DNA of 42,043 nt from an uncultured Clostridia bacterium. GTDB lineage: Bacteria; Bacillota; Clostridia; TANB77; CAG-508. Made by a program: the position numbers and the translations under genes. The notes under the pieces were generated by a model. The model saw only the letters and a list, made by a program, of their open reading frames with translations. It did not search any database and had not been told where the DNA came from. Of this stretch, positions 29,421-37,621 are shown in pieces; position 1 is the stretch's first letter; each line of letters starts with the position of its first letter. The stretch lies in the NCBI GenBank assembly GCA_947628885.1, contig CANRBO010000001.1, forward strand, positions 1-42,043, written 5' to 3'.

Positions 29421-29606
29421 ATAAAAATATAATAGTTTTTGCACCTTGTTGTCGCAAATTTCATTATGCCTTCATGGCTTTGCAATTAATTTACTTCATA
29501 AGGATTACATAATGCCATTCGGCGCTTGTATGTAATTTGCTTCATTCGCCCTTCGCTTGCGCTCCGGTTGGTCGCTACGCGGTGCTATCAACTATTATAT
29601 TTTTAT
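29421..29606 (-). mobile_element. MITE-like element, full copy, inverted relative to 2735-2932
   Basis: The reverse complement aligns along the whole length of the 2735-2932 element, with scattered substitutions. The TIR-like ends are aaaaatataatagtt / aactattatattttt. Confidence 0.6.
29429..29457 (-). promoter_or_regulatory. Outward-facing promoter-like site inside the MITE end, pointing at the A1-B1-A2-B2 operon
   Basis: The minus strand reads TTGCGA-17 nt-TATTAT. The equivalent end of the other copy reads TTGCGA-17-TATAAT (2890-2918, plus strand). Confidence 0.3.
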
Positions 29607-29676
29607 ATTTTTATTTTTAGTAACTTTTTTTAATTTGATTCATATAATATTATAGTTACATTTTTAGGAGGTAGGC

Positions 29677-30321
29677 ATGAACGATAATGATATAAATGAA
29701 ATGTTTAAAAAAGCTCAATCTATGATACAAAACAATCAGATTCCTGAAGACATCCAAAAACTAATTAGTACTTATGCTAATAACAACAACAATAACAGTA
29801 ACAATTATACTAATAGCAACAATAGTAATAATAACAATTATAATAATAGTAACAATAGCAACAACAGTAATAATAACAATAACTACAACAACAATAATAA
29901 CCATAATAGTAACAATAGCAATAACAACAATTATAATAATAGCATAAATAACAGTAATAATAATATAAATAATAATCGTAATATAAGCCACAGTAATTAT
30001 AATAATAAAAGTAATTACAACAATACTAACCTAAATAATAGTAACTTGAACAATAATAACTTAAATAATCATTCTAATACCAATTCAAATAATAATAACT
30101 CAAACAATAACCTTGGCATAGACATGGAAACATTAATGAAAATCCAAAACATCATGTCTAAAATGAAAAATAGCGAAAATGATGATATGAGTAAATTACT
30201 CTTATCTTTAAAGCCTTACCTTAGAGACGGTCGAAAAAATAAAGTTGATGAATACATACAATTAATTAAAATGGGCAAAATGACTGAACTTTTTAATTCT
30301 TTTGGTGGTGATAAACATTGA
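29677..30321 (+). CDS. Asn-rich low-complexity protein with conserved-looking N- and C-terminal segments
   Basis: 214 aa with SD AGGAGG. Residues ~35-145 are almost entirely N/S/Y. The C-terminus MSKLLLSLKPYLRDGRKNKVDEYIQLIKMGKM looks like an ordinary folded segment. Confidence 0.75.
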   Translation: MNDNDINEMFKKAQSMIQNNQIPEDIQKLISTYANNNNNNSNNYTNSNNSNNNNYNNSNNSNNSNNNNNYNNNNNHNSNNSNNNNYNNSINNSNNNINNNRNISHSNYNNKSNYNNTNLNNSNLNNNNLNNHSNTNSNNNNSNNNLGIDMETLMKIQNIMSKMKNSENDDMSKLLLSLKPYLRDGRKNKVDEYIQLIKMGKMTELFNSFGGDKH

Positions 30322-30491
30322 ATATAAATAATTTTATACCAATAATTCATGATGAACAAATTGAATTATTTGGTTTTACTTTTTATATAGATGATTTATT
30401 AATTTTAACAATAATATATTTTTTATACAAGCAAGAAGTTACTGATAAGTTTTTATATATTGCTCTTTTTTTGCTATTAATTAATAAGTAA
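30318..30491 (+). CDS. Possible small membrane protein (57 aa), TTG start overlapping the upstream stop (TTGA)
   Basis: It reads MNINNFIPIIHDEQIELFGFTFYIDDLLILTIIYFLYKQEVTDKFLYIALFLLLINK, with two hydrophobic stretches. A hairpin terminator follows. It is absent from the ORF track (below the 60-aa cutoff). Confidence 0.35.
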   Translation: MNINNFIPIIHDEQIELFGFTFYIDDLLILTIIYFLYKQEVTDKFLYIALFLLLINK

Positions 30492-30496
30492 ATGAT

Positions 30497-30531
30497 ATAA
30501 AAAAGATAGACTGCTACTAACAATCTATCTT
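30497..30531 (-). terminator. Hairpin terminator directly after minC (bidirectional position between convergent genes)
   Basis: aagataga-13 nt-tctatctt. On the minus strand the stem is followed by a T-run. Confidence 0.55.
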
Positions 30532-30540
30532 AATTATTAA

Positions 30541-31113
30541 TTACTCCATTACTATTTCACTTTCATTATTTATGTATGCTATTGAAAATGCCTGTACTTC
30601 TACATCTTCTCTGCTTCGTTCTTTTATCTTGCTTGCTATTCTTATTTGAAGTGAGTCTATGATATGTGCGGCAATTATAGCATTTTCATTTCCTTTTGCT
30701 CCTGCGTGTGCCATGCCTCTTAGGTTTCCGAGTACAACAATATTGTCTTCTGCTATAACCTCTGCTCCACTATTTACATCTCCTAGGATTACTACACTTC
30801 CTTCAAATTCTATTTTTTGTCCTGAGCGCAGCGATCCATTGTAAAACTTCGTTTCTGAGCTTGCAATTTCTTTTTTAAAATCTTTTTTTATAGCATGTAA
30901 ACCTATTCCACTAGGGCTTTCAAATTCAACCTTGACTTTTATATTTTTTTCTATGAGGCTTTTTATTTCATCAATTTCTTTTATTTTCAACATTTTACCT
31001 GTTACTAGAATTGGTGTTTTTTCTTCCTTATAAAATTTTTTCAATTCCGGAAGCTTTTCATTGAGTTCTTTTATAATATTTGACATTTTTGCTCCCTCTT
31101 TAATCCTTATCAT
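30541..31113 (-). CDS. minC: Septum site-determining protein MinC
   Basis: The C-terminal beta-helix motif is LRSGQKIEFEGSVVILGDVNSGAEVIAEDNIVVLGNLRGMAHAGAKGNENAIIAA. The start is uncertain. The ATG at 31113 (MIRIKEG..) fits the MinC N-terminus. The ATG at 31086 has the best SD (AGAGGGAG). The track ORF starts at 31155. Confidence 0.85.
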   Translation of the reverse strand: MIRIKEGAKMSNIIKELNEKLPELKKFYKEEKTPILVTGKMLKIKEIDEIKSLIEKNIKVKVEFESPSGIGLHAIKKDFKKEIASSETKFYNGSLRSGQKIEFEGSVVILGDVNSGAEVIAEDNIVVLGNLRGMAHAGAKGNENAIIAAHIIDSLQIRIASKIKERSREDVEVQAFSIAYINNESEIVME

Positions 31114-31294
31114 TATATAACTAGATTTTAAAAAAATACTAATACAACCTATCATTTTTTACATCCTTTTTTTACTAATATAATTAATTTTATATTTTAA
31201 TTTATATCCTTGATTTTATATTTTCAATTTTTTACTTTTGATTTTCGTATTTTTAATTTTATATTTAGGTCGCTGTTTTAAACTTGATAATTAT

Positions 31295-33352
31295 TTATCT
31301 TATAGTTTGCATATATGACCAAATTGATGTGTCTTCAGTAATTTGTGACGCGTTCATACCAAGATATTGGGCAAAAATTGCTCTTGCTACTGGAGCTGTA
31401 TATCCTCCATGTGCACCGTCTTTTACATATACTGCAACTGCTATCTCCGGATCATCAAATGGTGCAAATCCTATAAACCATGCATTAGTTCCTGTATTTG
31501 TAGATGCTGAACCTGTTTTTCCTCCTACTTCTATATTAAAATCTCTAAAGTATGAATATGCAGTTCCTGCATCATCACTTGTAACGCCTTTCATACCTTG
31601 CCTAATCGCAGCTAAAATATCTGCACTTAGATCTAAATCGCTTCCACTATTACTATCCTTTTCTAGCAAACTTGTTACATAAGAATCTATCTCATTTCTT
31701 GATACTTGCGTTCCGTCCGGATTATTTATCGATTTTATAACGGTTACATCTATATTCTTTCCTCCATTAGCAAGCATTGCAGTATATTTAGCCATTTGTA
31801 GAGGAGTAAAATCATTATATAATTGTCCTATTGCTGATTGGATTGTTTTTCCACCCGTCCACTCACTATCAACTTTTGGTCCTGATAACGTTCCTGTGAT
31901 TTCATCAGGAAGTTCTATTCCTGTTTTTTGTCCTAAGCCAAATGCTTCCGCTACTTCTGTTAATTTGTCAATTCCTGCTCTTCTTCCGGTTTCATAAAAG
32001 AAGTAGTTACATGAGTGTTCTATGGCTTGTACAACATTTTGCCAGCCATGTCCTCCAATTCTCCAACATGTTGGTTGATAATCATTATAAAATGTATATC
32101 TATAAGTGTCATTTATTTTTGTGTTTAGATCAATTGCTCCACTTTCTAACCCTGCTATTGCAGTAACTAGTTTAAATGTAGAGCCCGGAGCTGATTTATC
32201 TGAAATTGCCTTATTGACCAATGGATGTCTAGTGTCATTTCTATAAATGTCCCAATTTGCTTGACTTATACCGTCTGTAAAAAGCGACGGATTATAATTT
32301 GGATAACTTGCCATTGCAAGAATATCCCCAGTTTTGACATTTACCACAACAGCCGAGCCCTCATTGGCATTTGCTACTTCTCCTAATGCTCCTCTTCTCA
32401 TGTCTTCCATATTTTTCGCCAAAGCTTCCTCAGTTGCCCTTTGCAAGTCTGCATCTATTGTTAAAATAACATCACTTCCAGTTACAGCTTCTTGTGAAAT
32501 GTATTCATCTGTTACTACACCTTCAACTGACATATCGATTTGTCTAATTCCGTCTTTGCCTTTTAAATATTTTTCAAAAACTTTTTCAATTCCCGTTTTT
32601 CCAATAATATCAGTTTGCTTATATTCAGGATTTGCTTTTAACTCATCAGATGAAATTGGTCCAACATAGCCTAAAATGTGTGATGCCATTTCTCCAAATG
32701 GATACGATACGGTTGGCTCTATGTATGTACTTATTCCTGAGAATTTTGAAGCCATTTCGTTAAATTTTGCATAGCTTGCATTACTAATATTACCAGCTAT
32801 TTTTACTGATTTAGTATTACTATATCCGTCTTTTTCAATTAAATATCTTAGTGTAATTATTTTTCTAGCATCTTGTACATTGTCTGTATTTACCTTATAT
32901 TTTTCTTTATAATAGTTAAATGCTGTTTCTGCATCATAAGTAGCATCTACATTATTGTTCTTTTTCCATGCATCAACATCTATTTCCTTAAATGCGTATG
33001 GTTCAACTGTGATTGGGAAATTATCTAAATAACTATCTCCATTTTCTTCAAGAGTTTTTGCAACAAGTAATAATGTATTATTTAATGTCTCATTATCGAT
33101 TTTTGTTTTATAGATTTCCACATTATATAACATACTTGTGGATACTAATTTGTTTCCAGTAGAATCTAATACGTTTCCACGTGCTGCTGTTATCGTCTTT
33201 TCTCTAGTAAGCCTTGTATTAGATGTTTCTCTATATTCTTCTCCATGAACAATTTGCAAATTAAATAAAGTAACTAATAGTATAATACCAACTATATATA
33301 CTATTGCTATTAAAATATTAAATCTTATTTTTGTGCCATTTTTTTCCTTCAT
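31295..33352 (-). CDS. mrdA: Penicillin-binding protein 2 (elongation transpeptidase)
   Basis: 685 aa with an N-terminal TM. It carries the SxxK (STFK), SxN (SCN) and KTG (KTGSA) motifs. SD is GGAGG. It sits after mreBCD. Confidence 0.9.
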   Translation of the reverse strand: MKEKNGTKIRFNILIAIVYIVGIILLVTLFNLQIVHGEEYRETSNTRLTREKTITAARGNVLDSTGNKLVSTSMLYNVEIYKTKIDNETLNNTLLLVAKTLEENGDSYLDNFPITVEPYAFKEIDVDAWKKNNNVDATYDAETAFNYYKEKYKVNTDNVQDARKIITLRYLIEKDGYSNTKSVKIAGNISNASYAKFNEMASKFSGISTYIEPTVSYPFGEMASHILGYVGPISSDELKANPEYKQTDIIGKTGIEKVFEKYLKGKDGIRQIDMSVEGVVTDEYISQEAVTGSDVILTIDADLQRATEEALAKNMEDMRRGALGEVANANEGSAVVVNVKTGDILAMASYPNYNPSLFTDGISQANWDIYRNDTRHPLVNKAISDKSAPGSTFKLVTAIAGLESGAIDLNTKINDTYRYTFYNDYQPTCWRIGGHGWQNVVQAIEHSCNYFFYETGRRAGIDKLTEVAEAFGLGQKTGIELPDEITGTLSGPKVDSEWTGGKTIQSAIGQLYNDFTPLQMAKYTAMLANGGKNIDVTVIKSINNPDGTQVSRNEIDSYVTSLLEKDSNSGSDLDLSADILAAIRQGMKGVTSDDAGTAYSYFRDFNIEVGGKTGSASTNTGTNAWFIGFAPFDDPEIAVAVYVKDGAHGGYTAPVARAIFAQYLGMNASQITEDTSIWSYMQTIR

Positions 33353-33381
33353 TTTTCCTCCAACATTAGAAAAATAAATCT

Positions 33382-33915
33382 TTAAAAATACCTTGTTAAT
33401 AATTTCTTGTGTTTAAATAGATTTTCAATATAATATCCTAATTTTTTTATCCCTGGATAAAAAATTATAACAATGAAAATATTATAAATTACTTCAATTA
33501 GTAACATAATAATAAATGGTAAAATTTCAACTTGTGTATGAAATTTTAATACTTTGACGATATACATACAAATTTCAAAAGCTACTGTTGCTCCTACTGT
33601 CATTAAAATTATAGTAAATCGGCTATCTTTAGAAAAATTTTTGTCAAAATATTCTCCGAGTAGTCCTATCATTGCTAAAAAAATCCCTGTAAATCCAATG
33701 CTTTCGCTTAATAATATATCTAATATAATCCCAAATATCAGTCCACAAATCCCACCTATTTTCTTTCCTGCAAACAAACCTAAAAATAATGCTAGTATTA
33801 CAAATATATTTGGCATTATTCCTCTAATCGTAAACCATGAGAAAAAATTTATTTGTAAAAAATATATAATTAAAAATAATAGTATTATTATAAGTACACC
33901 TTTAAACTTTTTCAA
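33382..33915 (-). CDS. mreD: Rod shape-determining protein MreD
   Basis: 177-aa polytopic membrane protein directly downstream of mreC. It has a TTG start with GAAGGTG upstream. Confidence 0.8.
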   Translation of the reverse strand: MKKFKGVLIIILLFLIIYFLQINFFSWFTIRGIMPNIFVILALFLGLFAGKKIGGICGLIFGIILDILLSESIGFTGIFLAMIGLLGEYFDKNFSKDSRFTIILMTVGATVAFEICMYIVKVLKFHTQVEILPFIIMLLIEVIYNIFIVIIFYPGIKKLGYYIENLFKHKKLLTRYF

Positions 33916-33976
33916 ATTTTCACCTTCTATTTGGTTATTATTTACAGTAATATGTAAATAGTAACTTCTGTTAATT

Positions 33977-34801
33977 TTATTGTTGAGTAATTACTAGTAC
34001 AGTTGATAGTTTAGAAAAATCAGTTGCTGGATTTACATTTGCATATCTATCTAATTCATTTTTTGTATTGACTACCTCTGATATTGTTCCTATTAATATT
34101 CCCTTTGGAAAAATTCCTCCAAATCCTGAGCAAACGACTTCATCTCCTTGTAAAACACTTGTCTCTACCGGAATAGACGTTGCTCTTAGATTTTTTGTAT
34201 CAGACAAAGTGCCTTTTAATAATATACATTGTTCTGAAGTTGAAATTGTGGCACTAACTGTACTTGCTGTATCTATTATAGTTTGCACCTTTGCAGTAGT
34301 ATCTGTTACAGATATGATTCTTCCAACTAAGCCTGATTCTGATATTACAGGCATATCCTCCTTAATACCGTCTTTTTCACCAACATTGATTATGATTATT
34401 TTATCATAATTACTATAACTTCTTTCTATTACATTAGCTGGAACTGTATTATAATCTGCATATTTATTTTTCAAATTGACATATTCTTTTAAAGTGTTGT
34501 TTTCTGATTTTAAAATTTCCAACTCTCGTACTTGTTCTTTTAATTTCGAATTTTCTTCTCTTAAATTTGAATTTTCATTTTTTAACATGCTTATATCACT
34601 AATTTGTTGTTCATTTCCGGTTATCTTATTTTTTATATAAACAAATCCATTTTGGAACGGCATAAAAAACTTACTAACAATTGTTTGAAATGATTGCATT
34701 TGCGTTGTTCCTAAATTTGAAACTATTACAATTATAATTAAAATAATTACTGTTATAGTTATTCCAATTACACTCGTTTTGTTTTTCATTATCAAGCCCA
34801 A
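33977..34801 (-). CDS. mreC: Rod shape-determining protein MreC
   Basis: It has an N-terminal TM, a coiled-coil (ENSNLREENSKLKEQVRELEILKSEN), and a beta-rich C-terminus with GLVGRI and G..P.G..IG. An alternative ATG start is at 34789. Confidence 0.88.
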   Translation of the reverse strand: MGLIMKNKTSVIGITITVIILIIIVIVSNLGTTQMQSFQTIVSKFFMPFQNGFVYIKNKITGNEQQISDISMLKNENSNLREENSKLKEQVRELEILKSENNTLKEYVNLKNKYADYNTVPANVIERSYSNYDKIIIINVGEKDGIKEDMPVISESGLVGRIISVTDTTAKVQTIIDTASTVSATISTSEQCILLKGTLSDTKNLRATSIPVETSVLQGDEVVCSGFGGIFPKGILIGTISEVVNTKNELDRYANVNPATDFSKLSTVLVITQQ

Positions 34802-34853
34802 ATCCTTTCCTTTTATGGTTTTCTTGCTTTATTATGTTTCTGTGAATATAAAT

Positions 34854-35885
34854 TTAATGATTATATTTTCTATTTAATAATATTTTCTTTAATTTTTCAA
34901 AATTTTCTAATGTCTTTCCTGTTCCAATTGTAACACACTCAAGAGGAGAATCTGCTACAAATGCTTTTACTCCAGTTTTTAATGTAACTAAAGTGTCTAA
35001 ATTTCTTATTAAAGCTCCTCCTCCTGATAAATATATTCCGTTCTGCAAAATGTCTGCTGATAATTCCGGAGGAGTATTTGCTAAAGTATTTATAATTGCT
35101 TCGATTATTTCTCCAATTGGTTTTTCCATGGCTTCTTGAATTTGCTTAGAATATATTTCAATGTTTTTAGGTAAACCTGTGTCTATATCTCTCCCTCTAA
35201 TTTCCTTCACAACTTCTGATACTAAAGGCATTGCACAACCTAGTTCAATTTTCAAATTTTCTGCTGCTGCTTGTCCTATTACTATATTCTGCTTTCTTTT
35301 TAAATAAGCGATAATAGCTTCATCTATTGCATCTCCTGCTACTTTAATTGATGTTGAAGTGACAATTCCTCCTAATGAAATTACTGCAACTTCAGTTGTT
35401 CCGCCACCGATATCTACAATCATTTTTCCATTTGGCTCTAATACATTAAGGCCTGCTCCAATAGCAGATGCCATTGGCTCATCTATTAAATACACTTCTT
35501 TGGCTCCTGCTTGTAAAAAAGCCTCTTGTACTGCTCTTTCTTCAACTTCAGATATCCCTGACGGTACTCCTACTACAACTCTAGGTTTTCCTGCATTATA
35601 TTTCCTACAAACTTTTCTAAGCATGTTTTTTAACATAAGGCCAGTGGCTGTAAAATCAGCAATAACTCCTTCTCTCATAGGTCTGACAGCTCGAATGCTT
35701 TCAGGAGTTCTGCCAAGCATTTCCTTTGCTTCACTTCCTGTTGACACTATATCAGACGTAGCTTGGTCAATTGCAACGACTGCTGGTTCTCTTAAAACTA
35801 TTCCTTTTCCTCTTAAAGTAATCAAAATATTAGCAGTTCCTAAATCTATACCAATATCTTTTGAACTAAAGTCTAACAATCTCAT
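34854..35885 (-). CDS. mreB: Rod shape-determining protein MreB (actin-like ATPase)
   Basis: It carries the DLGTAN, DIGGGTTE and LSGGGA motifs. 343 aa. Confidence 0.95.
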   Translation of the reverse strand: MRLLDFSSKDIGIDLGTANILITLRGKGIVLREPAVVAIDQATSDIVSTGSEAKEMLGRTPESIRAVRPMREGVIADFTATGLMLKNMLRKVCRKYNAGKPRVVVGVPSGISEVEERAVQEAFLQAGAKEVYLIDEPMASAIGAGLNVLEPNGKMIVDIGGGTTEVAVISLGGIVTSTSIKVAGDAIDEAIIAYLKRKQNIVIGQAAAENLKIELGCAMPLVSEVVKEIRGRDIDTGLPKNIEIYSKQIQEAMEKPIGEIIEAIINTLANTPPELSADILQNGIYLSGGGALIRNLDTLVTLKTGVKAFVADSPLECVTIGTGKTLENFEKLKKILLNRKYNH

Positions 35886-36565
35886 TTTGAAAAATCCCTT
35901 CTTGTAAATATACTTTCATATTTGTTGTATCCAACTACTATATGATCTAATAACTTTATTTCAAGCATGTTAGCAGCTTTAAATAATTTCTCAGTAAATT
36001 CTATATCTTGTTTGCTTGGAGTTGGATCTCCACTTGGATGATTATGGACAACTATCATTCTATTTGCCTGCAATCTAATTACTTCTATTAAAATTTGCTT
36101 TATTCCTACTAGTATGTAATCAGCTTCTCCGTTTGCAATGTCGATTACTTTTAAAATATTATTTTTACTGTTTAATATTACTAATTTTAAAACCTCATGT
36201 TTTTCAAATTTGAACTCATCAATAAAAATATTTGCAACGTCTTTCGGATATTTTACCTGTATTCCCACACTATTTTCTTGATTCATCCTTTTTGCTAGTT
36301 CACATATTGCTTTTAATTGTATGGCTTTTACTTTTCCAATTCCTTTAATATTTTTTAACTCTGCAAGTGATAATGTTTGCAGACCTTTTAGCGAATCAGA
36401 CATCAAAAGAATTCTATTTGCAATATCAATAGAATTTTCTTCCTTTGTTCCATTTTTTATGATTATTGCCAAAAGTTCAGCGTCCGATAACATTTTTTCT
36501 CCATATTTTTCAAGTTTTTCATACGGTCTTTCCTGAATTGGTAATTCTTTCATTTTAAGTGGCAT
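35882..36565 (-). CDS. radC: RadC-family JAB/MPN domain protein
   Basis: It has HhH-like LAELKNIKGIGKVKA and the JAMM motif HNHPSGDPTPSKQD. There is a 4-nt overlap with mreB. Confidence 0.9.
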   Translation of the reverse strand: MPLKMKELPIQERPYEKLEKYGEKMLSDAELLAIIIKNGTKEENSIDIANRILLMSDSLKGLQTLSLAELKNIKGIGKVKAIQLKAICELAKRMNQENSVGIQVKYPKDVANIFIDEFKFEKHEVLKLVILNSKNNILKVIDIANGEADYILVGIKQILIEVIRLQANRMIVVHNHPSGDPTPSKQDIEFTEKLFKAANMLEIKLLDHIVVGYNKYESIFTRRDFSK

Positions 36566-36594
36566 AAAATTCCTTTCTGCCCCAAATCAATTAT

Positions 36595-36852
36595 TTAAAA
36601 TTTCCTGTATAGAAATATTGCTATTGCTATTCCTATAATACTTGATACATTAATTGTAAATAATAATCCAAACGATATTTGTACTACTCCTAGGTCTAAT
36701 GTTATTGGGTCATGGATTCCGAATTGCTTTCCATATCCAAGCCAGCTAAGCCAAGATACACCAGCAGTTAGCTCACCTATCAAACCTCCTATTACTAAAC
36801 CACATAATACAAATATTATTAAAACTAATGTTCCTTTTTCTCTTGTAAACAT
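36595..36852 (-). CDS. DUF4321-family small membrane protein
   Basis: It reads MFTREKGTLVLIIF..GGLIGE...LSWLGYG..FG...P..LDL.V....FG...INV.SIIGI..AIFLYRKF. GGAGG lies 5 nt before the ATG at 36852; the track ORF starts 12 nt earlier. Confidence 0.7.
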   Translation of the reverse strand: MFTREKGTLVLIIFVLCGLVIGGLIGELTAGVSWLSWLGYGKQFGIHDPITLDLGVVQISFGLLFTINVSSIIGIAIAIFLYRKF

Positions 36853-37011
36853 TTTTACCTCCATTAAAACATTTTAACCTTCTTACGGAAACGTGCATCT
36901 TTTTATATTATGTATTATATATGTAATTGGATTTTTTTTCAAGATATTTTAGCAAAAAGTCTTTCTTTTTTATTATATTTATGTTATATTGTATATTACA
37001 AGGAGGAATTA

Positions 37012-37617
37012 ATGAAATTTCAAAAGCTTAATGAGAACAAATTGAAGATTTTTTTAAAAAACGACGAGCTACCAAATAGCGGTAATTTTGACGATTTTAT
37101 TTCTAATTCAGGTGAAGCTAAAAATACTTTTTTAGCAATTTTAGATAAGGCATACGATGAAGTAGGTTTTAATGTGGCAGATTACAAAATCAAAATAGAT
37201 GCAGTAGCTCTTAGAAATGGTGATTTTGTATTTACTGTAACTAAATTAATTAAAGTTAGAGGCAGAAAAAAAACTGTTAAACCAGTAAAAGTTTCTAAAG
37301 TAGATAATTCAAATTCTATAATATATAAATTTGAATCTTTTGATGACTTTTATAATTTTTGTGCCTATATAAAAAGGATTAAGTTAGCTAATATACGCTT
37401 ACTTAGTCCTATGGTTGAGCTTTATTTATATAATGATAATTATTATTTATCACTTTCTAGTATAAATCAAAACTATAAAGAAATTGGCAAATTTTATAGC
37501 ACTATTACAGAGTTTTGCAAATATTTTTCTAGCAAAAACCTTTTTGCTTCTGTTTTAAAAGAAAAAGGTAAACTTTTTATAAAAAATAATGCTATTGTAA
37601 ATTGCCAAAATCTTTAA
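37012..37617 (+). CDS. mecA: Adaptor protein MecA-like
   Basis: The start at MKFQKLNENKLKIFL has SD AAGGAGG 6 nt upstream. The N-terminal pattern (MK.eK.nenk.k..L) and FL.IL.KA.DEVGF are MecA-like. The track ORF start at 36910 has no SD. Confidence 0.65.
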   Translation: MKFQKLNENKLKIFLKNDELPNSGNFDDFISNSGEAKNTFLAILDKAYDEVGFNVADYKIKIDAVALRNGDFVFTVTKLIKVRGRKKTVKPVKVSKVDNSNSIIYKFESFDDFYNFCAYIKRIKLANIRLLSPMVELYLYNDNYYLSLSSINQNYKEIGKFYSTITEFCKYFSSKNLFASVLKEKGKLFIKNNAIVNCQNL

Positions 37618-37621
37618 TTTT

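Noticed and set aside
29104-29424. A 106-aa plus-strand ORF upstream of A1.
   Set aside because: It has no SD and a Lys/Ile/Asn-rich nonsense-like composition. It runs through the intergenic/promoter region and into an A-rich 8-mer tract.
29405-29433. Tandem ATAAAAAT 8-mers (about 3 units) as a possible CRISPR or iteron array.
   Set aside because: It is far too short, has no spacers, and merges with the MITE end. It is probably an A-tract-rich promoter-distal region or simple slippage.
29761-29991. A 76-aa minus-strand ORF (IIIVVIAIV...).
   Set aside because: It is the antisense reading of the AAC/AAT repeat in the Asn-rich gene, so it is a low-complexity artefact.
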